Shown here piece by piece: positions 8,405 to 16,890 of a stretch of 29,516 nucleotides of DNA; position 1 is the stretch's first letter; each line of letters starts with the position of its first letter. The notes under the pieces were generated by a model, which ran no database searches, was not told the origin of the DNA, and saw nothing but the letters and a program-made list of their open reading frames with translations. The DNA is from Candidatus Hadarchaeota archaeon (GTDB lineage: Archaea; CAYQAE01; CAYVLA01). The position numbers and the translations under genes are program-made. The DNA lies in NCBI GenBank assembly GCA_964452145.1, contig CAYVLA010000030.1, positions 1 through 29,516 on the forward strand, given 5' to 3'.

Positions 8405-8980
8405 TTGGAGGAAGACCTGAGAAGGCAGGTAGAAGAGATCAGGAACGAGATCCTGAAGCTCAAGCGCCAGGTGTCGAGCCAGTTGGGGGATGCCGCAGGG
8501 GCGGAACCGGCCCTGACCGGAAAGGCGGAGACAAGAGGGCTGGTCCTGGACGTCGGGGATTGGATCGAGGACATCCTGGATGCGGTGAAGGCGGGCGTAC
8601 GGGGAGAGATAAGCAGATCGATTTTCATCGGCCTTCCAGGCGTTCAGTCCGGCAAGGCGGCTCCGAAGCGGATCGGGGGAGAAGGCGAACCGAGCCCCCA
8701 GCAGATCGCATCGGTGATGAGCGCCCTAGGGAGCGAACACAGGGTCATGGTCTTGATGGGCCTTTCCCAGGGCGGCAAGTACGCGGGCGAGTTGGAACAG
8801 GAGCTGAAGGAGATAAGCCCAAGCACGCTCTCGGGACATCTAAGGAAGCTGGTGGATGCCGGGCTCATCTCCCAGGATTCCGCCCGCCGCCGGTACCTCA
8901 TCACGATTCCCGGCAGATTCGCACTGGGCATGGCCGTCCGAACCGCGCGTCTTCTGCAACAGGGAGATCGTGAAACCTAG
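8405..8980 (+). CDS. ArsR/SmtB-like winged-helix regulator with an N-terminal coiled coil
   Basis: The C-terminus IASVMSALGSEHRVMVLMGLSQGGKYAGELEQELKEISPSTLSGHLRKLVDAGLI matches the ArsR wHTH. The N-terminus is heptad-like (EEDLRRQVEEIRNEILKLKRQV). The only available start is TTG, and it is in frame with the upstream Hsp20 gene, separated only by a TAG. Confidence 0.55.
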   Translation: MEEDLRRQVEEIRNEILKLKRQVSSQLGDAAGAEPALTGKAETRGLVLDVGDWIEDILDAVKAGVRGEISRSIFIGLPGVQSGKAAPKRIGGEGEPSPQQIASVMSALGSEHRVMVLMGLSQGGKYAGELEQELKEISPSTLSGHLRKLVDAGLISQDSARRRYLITIPGRFALGMAVRTARLLQQGDRET

Positions 8981-9038
8981 CAACAATCTGCCCAGTGAGA
9001 GTGTAAAACCGGATGGCCGGGCCGCCCGGTGGTCAAAG

Positions 9039-9626
9039 ATGAGAACGTTGATCCAGATACGTACAATCCACACCCCGTCGGATATGGGTTCGATGAGTGA
9101 TGCCCTCATCCAAGAAACCGTGGACAGGGTGGGCTACAAGAGGTGGAAGCAAAACGCAAGGAAGATCGAAGCGTTCTGGGACAGGCTCGAAGGCAGGATC
9201 CGGGATCTTAACTTGGACTGGCGTGAGGTCAGGATATACCAGGACGGCCTCCCCGACGTCGGAGACGAGATGGGGATCAGGATCGTCCGGGATGCTGCAG
9301 ACAAAGGCAGCCGGAACTACAGGCTGATAAAGGGGCTGGCGGAGCTGGGAGCCAGGATAGAGGGAACGGAGGACCCCCAGCTACTCAAGGGGGAGTACGA
9401 CCACATCGAGGCCATCGCCAACGCGAAATCCGCCAAGGAGAGGGCCGATGCGTGGCGCCGATACGGCTCGGTGAAGAAGGACCTAATCGACAGGCGCGAC
9501 GACTACATCGCGAAGAAGATCCACTTGACGCTCCAAGAGGGCGGGATAGGCCTCCTGTTCATCGGGGCAGCACACGACCTGGCCAGGAGGCTGCCGGAAG
9601 ACATCCAGATCAGGGAACTGTCCTGA
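9039..9626 (+). CDS. Hypothetical protein (195 aa from the internal Met)
   Basis: Protein-like composition. I started the gene at the ATG at 9039 rather than the annotated 8856 start, which overlaps the previous gene. No domain assigned. Confidence 0.5.
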   Translation: MRTLIQIRTIHTPSDMGSMSDALIQETVDRVGYKRWKQNARKIEAFWDRLEGRIRDLNLDWREVRIYQDGLPDVGDEMGIRIVRDAADKGSRNYRLIKGLAELGARIEGTEDPQLLKGEYDHIEAIANAKSAKERADAWRRYGSVKKDLIDRRDDYIAKKIHLTLQEGGIGLLFIGAAHDLARRLPEDIQIRELS

Positions 9627-9648
9627 TGGATCGTTCCTTTCACTGCCG

Positions 9649-10272
9649 CTACAGTAAAGCATTCGGTGCCGCGCAGACGATCGTGTCATGCTCTAGGCAT
9701 TCACCCGATGCTTCAACCTGACTCCGAAGGGACTGGGCCAGGCAGGATATGTCCGCGGCGTTCAGAAGAAGCGTCGTTCCCGATCTTAGATCGATGCACA
9801 GCCTTTCCAGCGGGGTGCCGATGAAGGTGTCGTCCTTGGCAACCCGCAGTCCCCTGACCTCTCCGAGGGGTATCTCGCGGATAACGCGGGCTGGGCACTT
9901 CGCGGCGAGCACGAGCCGCCTGTCGGTCAGATGGATGTGGGCAGGCCTCCAGGCACAGCTCGGTCCACCATAGCGGTAGGAACCGAACACGCGGAGAGAC
10001 AGCTTCTCGCCTTCGAGGAGGGCAAGGCCCTGGCTCTGGGCGAACTCGTGCCCGTAGTGCCTCCTGACGGTCTCGTCCCATGCCTCCATCATGCCGTACC
10101 TTATCATCGTCTCCATGCCGGCTATCGCAGCTCTAAGGTTGATCCCTATGAGCGGAACGCCGCCCAGGCTTACTATCACGTCTGCGGCGATGATTGCCCC
10201 CTTGTCGAGGATCCTTTCCACCAGGTTGGCTATGGTGCAATCCAGGTTTCGCGTGGGCTGCAATGAGATCAA
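9649..10272 (-). CDS. GvpA/J/M-family gas-vesicle protein fused to a C-terminal ~130-aa PH/GRAM-like domain
   Basis: The N-terminus LVERILDKGAIIAADVIVSLGGVPLIGINLRAAIAGMETMIRYG is the GvpA-fold core. The C-terminus (HLTDRRLVLAAK...EIPLGEVRGLRV...LLLNAADI) looks like a bacterial PH-like domain. It is the last gene of the gas-vesicle (gvp) operon. Confidence 0.7.
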   Translation of the reverse strand: MISLQPTRNLDCTIANLVERILDKGAIIAADVIVSLGGVPLIGINLRAAIAGMETMIRYGMMEAWDETVRRHYGHEFAQSQGLALLEGEKLSLRVFGSYRYGGPSCAWRPAHIHLTDRRLVLAAKCPARVIREIPLGEVRGLRVAKDDTFIGTPLERLCIDLRSGTTLLLNAADISCLAQSLRSQVEASGECLEHDTIVCAAPNALL

Positions 10273-10300
10273 GTCCCCGGCCTAAGCTTGGGATCCAGAT

Positions 10301-11119
10301 CTAGGCCTCCGTGCTCGATCCAGCGAAGGAGAACGGGGCCCATGGCCCCGTGAAGCGAACGGAGAACTCCTCCCGACCGTTGATCGTTTCCAGTTCATCG
10401 CCCAACGACTCAACGTCATCCCTGTGGACCAGGCAGGAGAGGTTAAGGAGCATCTCCATGCCCTCCATTCCCTCCGACGTCCTTGTCTTGGGAGGCTCAA
10501 CCCTGACTTCCTCTGCATGGACGCTTATCCGGCTGTAGAGGTCCTCGCGCAACGTCTCCATCTCCCTGTTCAACAGTTCCTCGACCATGCTCTTGACCCG
10601 CCGCTCCATCATGTATGCGATGCCCTTGGGCTTTGAGCCCAACTCGTTCCTAAGCTTCCTCACCTCTTGGTTGTTCTCCTCGATTCTCCGGCCCGCGGCG
10701 TCCCTGTCCCAGAAGACTTGAACCCCGTACTCGGCCCTGTCCTTGAGCCTATCCAGGTCTTGTTTCAACTCGCCGTAGTGCTCGATCAACCACTCCTCCA
10801 CTCTGCCGTCATCCCCCTTGACTATGGTGTCAAAGCCGAAGGGAAGCACCGTTCCGAACCTCTCGGTTGCCATGTCGACGGTGTGTTGGTGGGCGAGGAT
10901 CCACTGCTTCACGGTTTTTTCATCACCGGACTCGTAGGGCTCGGCTGGGCAAGCGTGGACGATCGCCGCTATCTCTCGGACTGCCACGGCGTAGACCTGT
11001 TCCCTGTTGATCCCTATGGGGCCAAAGCTTGCCCTTGTGCCGGCGTTCACAATGCAGTAGAGGTATCTCCCCTGCGTGGTCCTGTCTCCGTTGGTTCTGG
11101 CTTCGTCCATCTTCCCCAC
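10301..11119 (-). CDS. gvpL: Gas vesicle protein GvpL/GvpF family
   Basis: The N-terminus YLYCIV and the C-terminal signature FTGPWAPFSFA of the GvpF/L family. Confidence 0.85.
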   Translation of the reverse strand: MGKMDEARTNGDRTTQGRYLYCIVNAGTRASFGPIGINREQVYAVAVREIAAIVHACPAEPYESGDEKTVKQWILAHQHTVDMATERFGTVLPFGFDTIVKGDDGRVEEWLIEHYGELKQDLDRLKDRAEYGVQVFWDRDAAGRRIEENNQEVRKLRNELGSKPKGIAYMMERRVKSMVEELLNREMETLREDLYSRISVHAEEVRVEPPKTRTSEGMEGMEMLLNLSCLVHRDDVESLGDELETINGREEFSVRFTGPWAPFSFAGSSTEA

Positions 11120-11123
11120 TCAC

Positions 11124-11453
11124 CTAGGACTGGGTGTTCGGGATCGTTTTCCCCCAGCTCACGGGGTCCATGATCCTGACGACATCTGATGCGATCTCGT
11201 CCAGCCCGTCCCTGACGTCCCGGACGACGCCATCCAGTCCGTGCTCCCTCTTTATCGTCTCGATGGCCTCCTCAAGATCCATCAGGGCCTCGCCCAAGCG
11301 GTTGATCTCCTCCTCGGTCAGGCTTCCCCCCTCCATCCTCCTCATGGCCTGTCCCTGGAGGACGTCCTTGATCACCTCAACCAGCGCGACGACTAGCCCC
11401 AGCAGCCCCCTGCTGAGGTTCTCCTCGTCGATCTCGATCGGCACCTTCATCAT
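11124..11453 (-). CDS. gvpK: Gas vesicle protein GvpK
   Basis: LLGLVVALVEVIKDVLQGQAMRRMEGGSLTEEEINRLGEALMDLEEAIE matches the conserved GvpK pattern. Confidence 0.8.
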   Translation of the reverse strand: MMKVPIEIDEENLSRGLLGLVVALVEVIKDVLQGQAMRRMEGGSLTEEEINRLGEALMDLEEAIETIKREHGLDGVVRDVRDGLDEIASDVVRIMDPVSWGKTIPNTQS

Positions 11454-11495
11454 CCCCTGGAATGCCTCGATGACAAGACGTTCACTCCTCGGTCC

Positions 11496-11855
11496 TCACG
11501 CCGTTGAGATCTCCCTTGCGGTCAGCGGGCTCACCCACCCGCATACCGGGCAGCCCTTCTCAAGAAGAGCATCTTCCTCCCTGCGGTTCCCACATCCCGG
11601 GCAGCTGATCAGGGTCTTCTGGGCCTCCCTCCACCCTGCTGTGTCGAGGTTGGTCCCCGAGGGGAATTCAAGGCCGTACCTTGCAGCCGTATCGAAGGAC
11701 GCAACGGCGGCCCTTATCTTGATGCCCAGCAGCTCGACTCCTGCAAGCGAAACCACTATGTCGGCGTTTATGACCAGTCCCTTGTCCAGGATCCTGTCTA
11801 TGGCACCGGCCAGGCCGCCATTCGTGGACTGCTTGGTCGGGTTAAGACCTGTCAT
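11496..11855 (-). CDS. gvpJ: GvpA/GvpJ-family gas-vesicle protein with a C-terminal C4 zinc ribbon
   Basis: The GvpA core AIDRILDKGLVINADIVVSLAGVELLGIKIRAAVASFDTAARYG, followed at the C-terminus by CPGCG...CPVCG. Confidence 0.8.
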   Translation of the reverse strand: MTGLNPTKQSTNGGLAGAIDRILDKGLVINADIVVSLAGVELLGIKIRAAVASFDTAARYGLEFPSGTNLDTAGWREAQKTLISCPGCGNRREEDALLEKGCPVCGWVSPLTAREISTA

Positions 11856-11866
11856 GATAGCTCCTC

Positions 11867-12214
11867 CTATCTCGGTTTCCAGCGTCGATCCGACGACTTA
11901 CCGTTGCCCTGCCCTTGACGAGGGCCAGCCAGCCTGTCCGTCCTGGTCCTAAGGTCCATGCTTTTCCACTGTTCCGCGAAGTCAAGCTTGGCCAAAAGGT
12001 CGTCCCTTTTCGTTACGTATTCTTCCTCCGATATCTCGCCTAGCTCGTGCAGCATCTGGTTCTCCTTCATCCTGTCTCTCAACACGTCGGGGTCGTACAT
12101 CTGGGAGCATGCAAGATCCCTCAGCCTGGCGAGGAACATCGACCAGGGCATGCCGGTTACCAGGTACCCGGTCAGGTCGATCAGGTCATCGATCACCAAT
12201 ACCGTTGGATCCAC
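11867..12214 (-). CDS. gvpG: Gas vesicle protein GvpG
   Basis: LVIDDLIDL...MYDPDVLRDRMKENQMLHELGEISEEEY matches the GvpG motif pattern. Confidence 0.7.
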   Translation of the reverse strand: MDPTVLVIDDLIDLTGYLVTGMPWSMFLARLRDLACSQMYDPDVLRDRMKENQMLHELGEISEEEYVTKRDDLLAKLDFAEQWKSMDLRTRTDRLAGPRQGQGNGKSSDRRWKPR

Positions 12215-12218
12215 CCCC

Positions 12219-12947
12219 CTACCATCTCGTTCTCCCGCCTCGGGGACCCGATCCCGCTATCTTGATGCTTACGAAGCTGTACGGGGCCCATGGCCCGGTG
12301 TATTGAACCTTCAAGAAGGGGTGCCTGTCATCCAGCTCCCCGAGAACTTGGGAGAACTCTTCCACCCGGGCCTTGTCGACCAAGAAGGACGCGTTCAAGA
12401 CCAGCCTGCTGCTGAAAAGCCTGCCCTCCCTTGACTGTGAGGCCGCCTTCTCCAGCGCGGAGAGGAATTCCGTCGCGGCCTCTTGACGGACTCGATCGTT
12501 TGCCTCCGGGCTGACGTTATCTGGCGAGCCAAACTCTTCCTTGGGCAGGATCACCTTGACGCCGAGCTCAACCTTGCCGTCCACAGCCTCCAGGCTCTTC
12601 ATTATGGCTTCGTAGGACGCCTCCATGACCGAGATCAAGGTCGTTTCATCCTTGAACACCATCCCGAATGCCAGCGGCACAACGGTCGAGTCAGCCATCA
12701 CAACCCTTATCGCCGAGTCGTGGGCCATGGCGTTCTGGGGGTTTGGCTCGTACTCCTTCACCGGCGAGTCGCTCACCACGGCGGCCGCCGCCCTATGGTC
12801 TATCGTGTACACCTCGCCTGAGGTTTCGATGCCGATGTTCCCGAAGCTCCTTCTCATCCCGGTCGATGGGGTGAAGCAGTACACATATCTGCCCTTCATG
12901 TCCTGACCCGACACACCTGACGCCTCCATGTTCCTCGTTGTCTTCAT
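12219..12947 (-). CDS. gvpF: Gas vesicle protein GvpF/GvpL family
   Basis: The N-terminus YVYCF and the C-terminus YTGPWAPYSFV. Confidence 0.85.
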   Translation of the reverse strand: MKTTRNMEASGVSGQDMKGRYVYCFTPSTGMRRSFGNIGIETSGEVYTIDHRAAAAVVSDSPVKEYEPNPQNAMAHDSAIRVVMADSTVVPLAFGMVFKDETTLISVMEASYEAIMKSLEAVDGKVELGVKVILPKEEFGSPDNVSPEANDRVRQEAATEFLSALEKAASQSREGRLFSSRLVLNASFLVDKARVEEFSQVLGELDDRHPFLKVQYTGPWAPYSFVSIKIAGSGPRGGRTRW

Positions 12948-12962
12948 GTTCTTCGTCCCACC

Positions 12963-13856
12963 TCAAGACAGCATCTTTCGCAGCAGGCTGTTCACCTGGA
13001 GCTGATCGGCAAGCATTCCACGGATCTGGCCCTGGCGGTCGCCGTTCGGCCTGTACACCTTCTTCTTTATGCCGTACTCGCATTCCAGCAAGCCCTTGCT
13101 CTGCAGGCTGTGAAGCATCGGGTACATCGTGCCCGGGCTTATCAGGACGTTGAAGTTCTTGTGGATCGTCTTCATGATGTCGATGCCACACATCGGCGTG
13201 TCCATGATCAGGCCCAGCACGACCATGTCAAGGTAGCTTCTGACGAATCTCTCCACGATGGACTGGTCGGCGTTCTCCAGCTCCCCCAGTTCCGGGGATG
13301 AGAGAAGGGTCAGCTCGTTCCTCGTAAGCATCAGTCTGTCGTGACAGGCCGCAAGCTGTCTGGTCATCCCGGCATCCAGCTTGAGAACGTCGTATGTGCA
13401 CAGCACGGAGTGGGCTTGGCCCAAGCTGGACAGCAACTTTTCAACCAGCAGCGCGGCTGGCCTGGCTCCGCGCTTCGCAGACTCGTTGCCTGCGTGATCG
13501 CATGGTCCCGGGCAAAGCGAGGACCCATCCATGACGATCCTCAGCCTGGGCTTTGAGGAGGGGTCCAGATGCTCCACACCATCAAGGTCTACGAAGCCTA
13601 TCGCGATCTCCGGCCTGCCTAGCCGGCTCAACACCGTGTCGGGGTACTCGCCGGTTATGTACACTGCTTCTTGGTCCCGTCCTGAAGCGGCAAGGAAGGC
13701 TACGTGTATCGCGTACTTGTCGGTCGGTGGGGCGTAGAGGTGTAAGACATGTCCAGTTTCCGCGACGCTGGCCAAGAGCCCCGCGATGTCCGTTCTGACG
13801 GTTCGGGCCGTGTGTTGATTGCCGTATCCAGACGCCTGATCCTCCGAGCCAGCCAT
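12963..13856 (-). CDS. Two-domain regulator: an N-terminal MEDS-like sensory domain fused to a C-terminal PadR-family wHTH
   Basis: The C-terminus LGLIMDTPMCGIDIMKTIHKNFNVLISPGTMYPMLHSLQSKGLLECEYGIKKKVYRP is a PadR wHTH. The N-terminus HVLHLYAPPTDKYAIHVAFLAASGRDQEAVYITGE is MEDS-like. It sits inside the gvp operon, separated by 6-nt and 16-nt gaps. Confidence 0.6.
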   Translation of the reverse strand: MAGSEDQASGYGNQHTARTVRTDIAGLLASVAETGHVLHLYAPPTDKYAIHVAFLAASGRDQEAVYITGEYPDTVLSRLGRPEIAIGFVDLDGVEHLDPSSKPRLRIVMDGSSLCPGPCDHAGNESAKRGARPAALLVEKLLSSLGQAHSVLCTYDVLKLDAGMTRQLAACHDRLMLTRNELTLLSSPELGELENADQSIVERFVRSYLDMVVLGLIMDTPMCGIDIMKTIHKNFNVLISPGTMYPMLHSLQSKGLLECEYGIKKKVYRPNGDRQGQIRGMLADQLQVNSLLRKMLS

Positions 13857-13861
13857 CTGGG

Positions 13862-16081
13862 TTAAACCCCCTTTCCCACCTTCGGGGAGCCCGTTCCTGC
13901 GAAACTGCGCGCGATCTCCTCGAACCGGTTTAAGTTCTTCTGCAGGGCAACTGGTCTTAGGGATCTCATAGCCACATCGAAGTGCTTTCTCGAGATCGCG
14001 ATGCCCTTCAGGTTCTCCTTCGTGGGGAGGCGGCCCTTGCTCCCCTTCATGAACTCCCTGAGCGCGAGCATCGCCGCTCGCCTGCAGAGGGCCTCGATGT
14101 CCGAGCCAACGTATCCATCCATTGCCCTGGCAAGCTCCTTCTCGTCCACATCTGGGGCCAGGGGCTTCCCGGCCAGATGGACGCGGAGGATCTCGCTTCG
14201 CTCCCTCTCGTCTGGTATCGGCACGTGGATGAGCCTCTCCAATCTGCCGGGACGCAAGAGCGCTGGGTCCACCAGGTCGGGGCGATTGGTGGCCGCCAAG
14301 ACGACAACCTCCTTCATATCCTCTATCCCGTCAAGCTCGCTTAGGAGCTGGCTGACAACCCTGTCGGCCACCGGCGAGTAGGGGCTGCCGGAGCGGCTTT
14401 GGGCCAGGGATTCGATCTCGTCGAAGAATACGATGGCGGGCGCAACCTGTTTCGCCTTCCTGAAGATCTCCCTAACGGCCCTCTCCGATTCCCCCACGTA
14501 TCTGTTGAAGAGCTCCGGGCCCTTGATGGCGATGAAGTTGGTTTGGCTCTCCGTAGCCACCGCCTTTGCCAGCAGGGTCTTGCCGGTCCCTGGGGCTCCA
14601 AAGAGCAGTATCCCGCTTGGGGGTCTGGTTCCCAGCATCTCGAATGCCTCCGGGTACTTTAGCGGCCACTCCACCGCCTCCACCAGCTCCGTCTTGGCTT
14701 CCTCCAATCCCCCGACGTCACCCCACCTCACCTTGGGAACCTCGACGAAGACCTCTCTCATCGCGCTTGGCTCCACATTCTTCAGGGCATGGTCGAAGTC
14801 CTTCCTGGTGACCCTGACCTCGTCGAGGACCTCGGGCGGGATCTCCTTTTCGATGTCGATCTTGCGCGCGATCTTGCGTAGGGCGTGCATCGCCGCCTCC
14901 TTGCAGAGGGAGGCTATGTCCGCGCCCACGAACCCATATGTCACGTCCGCCAGATCCTCGAGATCGATGTCCTCGGCCAGCGGCATCCCCCTGGTGTGTA
15001 TCTGGAGTATCTCCATCCTTCCGTTTCGGTCTGGTACCCCGATCTCGATCTCGCGGTCGAACCTGCCACCCCGTCTCAGGGCCTCGTCTATCAGCTCGGG
15101 CTTGTTGGTGGCGGCGATGACTATCACCTCTCCTCGAGATTTCAGCCCGTCCATGAGTGCCAGAAGCTGTGCCACCACCCGCCTTTCCACCTGCTTCTCG
15201 CCGCTGACATCCTCCCTTTTGGGAGCGATAGAATCGAACTCGTCGATGAAGATTATGGCCGGCGAGTTTGCCTCCGCCTGTTGGAAGATCTGTCTGATCC
15301 TCTCCTCGCTTTCACCGTAGTACTTTGCCATGATCTCGGGCCCGCTGACGAAGATGAAGTTGGCAAAGGTCTCGTTTGCCACCGCCTTTGCGATCAGGGT
15401 CTTTCCCGTTCCCGGCGGTCCGTACAGCAAAACCCCCTTGGGCGGCTCTATACCTATCCGCTGGAAGAGCTCGGGACGCCTGAGGGGGAGCTCCACCATC
15501 TCACGTACGAGGTCTATCTCGCGCCTGAGGCCGCCGATGTCCTCGTAGGTGATCCTGGTCGGCTTTCTCTCCTCAACCACCTCGGTGCTTACCACTACCT
15601 GGGTGGTGCGGGAGACCAGGACCGTGCCGGAGGGCTCGGTGACCGTCACGGTGAAGGTCAGGGGGTTACCGAGGATCTGCATTCCTATGGTTTGTCCTTT
15701 CACCACGGGGCGGCCCTCCAGAACCCGGCGAACGTAGTCGGCCCCGCCCGCTATCTTGATCCGTTGGTTGGGGCTAACCGTGATCTTCTTTGCTTTTCTG
15801 GCTTCTGCCTGTCTGACGGTGACCTTGTCGTCTATGCCGGCTTGCAGGTTGCCCCTGATGCTTCCGTCAACCCTCAGGATCTGCCGCCCGGCGTCCTCCG
15901 GATAGCCGGGCCACGCAATCGCCGGCACTGGGACCTTTCCTTCGATCTGGACCACGTCACCGCTGACTAGGCCGAGTTGGCCCATCAGCGAGGCATCGAT
16001 TCTCGCAATCCCTCTGCCTACGTCCCGGGGGCGGGCCTCTGCAATGCGCAGCACCGCCTCCGAAGCCTGTCCGGATGTCAT
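13862..16081 (-). CDS. cdc48: CDC48/VCP-family double-AAA+ ATPase (N-domain plus D1 and D2)
   Basis: Two Walker A motifs ([16 protein letters not shown]), second-region-of-homology (SRH) regions and a CDC48-type N-domain, for 739 aa in total. It is embedded in the gvp operon. Confidence 0.9.
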   Translation of the reverse strand: MTSGQASEAVLRIAEARPRDVGRGIARIDASLMGQLGLVSGDVVQIEGKVPVPAIAWPGYPEDAGRQILRVDGSIRGNLQAGIDDKVTVRQAEARKAKKITVSPNQRIKIAGGADYVRRVLEGRPVVKGQTIGMQILGNPLTFTVTVTEPSGTVLVSRTTQVVVSTEVVEERKPTRITYEDIGGLRREIDLVREMVELPLRRPELFQRIGIEPPKGVLLYGPPGTGKTLIAKAVANETFANFIFVSGPEIMAKYYGESEERIRQIFQQAEANSPAIIFIDEFDSIAPKREDVSGEKQVERRVVAQLLALMDGLKSRGEVIVIAATNKPELIDEALRRGGRFDREIEIGVPDRNGRMEILQIHTRGMPLAEDIDLEDLADVTYGFVGADIASLCKEAAMHALRKIARKIDIEKEIPPEVLDEVRVTRKDFDHALKNVEPSAMREVFVEVPKVRWGDVGGLEEAKTELVEAVEWPLKYPEAFEMLGTRPPSGILLFGAPGTGKTLLAKAVATESQTNFIAIKGPELFNRYVGESERAVREIFRKAKQVAPAIVFFDEIESLAQSRSGSPYSPVADRVVSQLLSELDGIEDMKEVVVLAATNRPDLVDPALLRPGRLERLIHVPIPDERERSEILRVHLAGKPLAPDVDEKELARAMDGYVGSDIEALCRRAAMLALREFMKGSKGRLPTKENLKGIAISRKHFDVAMRSLRPVALQKNLNRFEEIARSFAGTGSPKVGKGV

Positions 16082-16100
16082 CGTGATCCTTCCGCCTTCC

Positions 16101-16484
16101 TTAACGTCTTGCCAAACGTCGCTTCTGACATCGAGGAGATCTCGTAACCAAAGATCCGTTCCACCTAACTGGTCGCTGTTGCCCTCCGGTCTGAGGGAAC
16201 CTTCGGGTTCCTCTCAGCTTCTGGTACGCGTTCACGATTCCAAGCCTCCGCTTGATGGTGGCCACGTTTGCCATGTGCTTTCTCTTCGCGGCCAGCTGTT
16301 GGGCCCTGGCACGCCCTATCATCTCTTGGATGCTCGCCGTGCCCCTCTTCTTCCTCTTCTTCCTGTTCCCAACGGATGTCCACCTTGTAGACGTGCTCAA
16401 TTCTGTCACATCCCAGATCTTGGCCATGGCCTGGTTGTCCGTCCGGCATCCCCTTTGCTGAGGAGTCCTCCTTGAACGCCGCAC
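16101..16484 (-). CDS. Small, highly basic hypothetical protein (GTG start; possibly shorter, starting at the MAKIWDV Met); a candidate GvpI-like protein
   Basis: An R/K-rich 127-aa ORF packed ~20 nt from both gvpO and cdc48, which argues for operon membership. The alternative 110-aa frame is low-complexity E/G-rich. It has no recognisable domain. Confidence 0.4.
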   Translation of the reverse strand: MRRSRRTPQQRGCRTDNQAMAKIWDVTELSTSTRWTSVGNRKKRKKRGTASIQEMIGRARAQQLAAKRKHMANVATIKRRLGIVNAYQKLRGTRRFPQTGGQQRPVRWNGSLVTRSPRCQKRRLARR

Positions 16485-16503
16485 CTCTTTTGTTCACAAG
16501 CCC

Positions 16504-16890
16504 CTAACGTAGATTCTCGCCCGGTCGAAGATCGCATCGGTGTCTGAGACACAGCCGCCTATATCCCAGAACCTCGCCCCTGTCGTTCATCCTGATCTCG
16601 TATTCGCCGAGGATGTCCTGGGTGTCGGGAACCGCCTTCCTCTCGATGCTCTCGACCACCACGAGCCATTGGTCCCCGTCCTTCTCCACGCCGATGACGT
16701 CGGTTGCTCTCTTGTTCGTGCTGAGGAGACTGTCAAGCACCTCAAGCCCTTTGCGCCCTATGTCCCCGATGGGAATGGGGCTGCCCAGTGGCTCCTCGGC
16801 CAGGAGGTCCTCGACCTCAGGGAATGCTTTCGATCCCGTAGGACGAACCCTTTCTTTCACAGCTTCGTCGGCTTCGGCCATTCTTCTCAC
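16504..16890 (-). CDS. gvpO: Gas vesicle protein GvpO
   Basis: VIGVEKDGDQWLVVVESIERKAVPDTQDILGEYEIRMNDRGEVLGYRRL matches the conserved GvpO C-terminal pattern. It overlaps gvpN by 4 nt. Confidence 0.7.
   Translation of the reverse strand: MRRMAEADEAVKERVRPTGSKAFPEVEDLLAEEPLGSPIPIGDIGRKGLEVLDSLLSTNKRATDVIGVEKDGDQWLVVVESIERKAVPDTQDILGEYEIRMNDRGEVLGYRRLCLRHRCDLRPGENLR

Noticed and set aside
11134-11952. A 272-aa plus-strand ORF, S/P/T-rich
   Set aside because: It is antisense to gvpK and gvpJ and has a low-complexity composition.
14433-15970. Long plus-strand ORFs (295 and 361 aa) inside the cdc48 region
   Set aside because: They are antisense to a clearly homologous CDC48 gene. They are S/P/L-rich shadow frames typical of the opposite strand of a GC-rich gene.
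16165-16497. A 110-aa minus-strand ORF with an E/G/H-rich low-complexity translation
   Set aside because: It is an overlapping alternative frame of the small basic ORF. An EEEEEE run and its composition suggest it is non-coding. I kept the basic frame, at low confidence.
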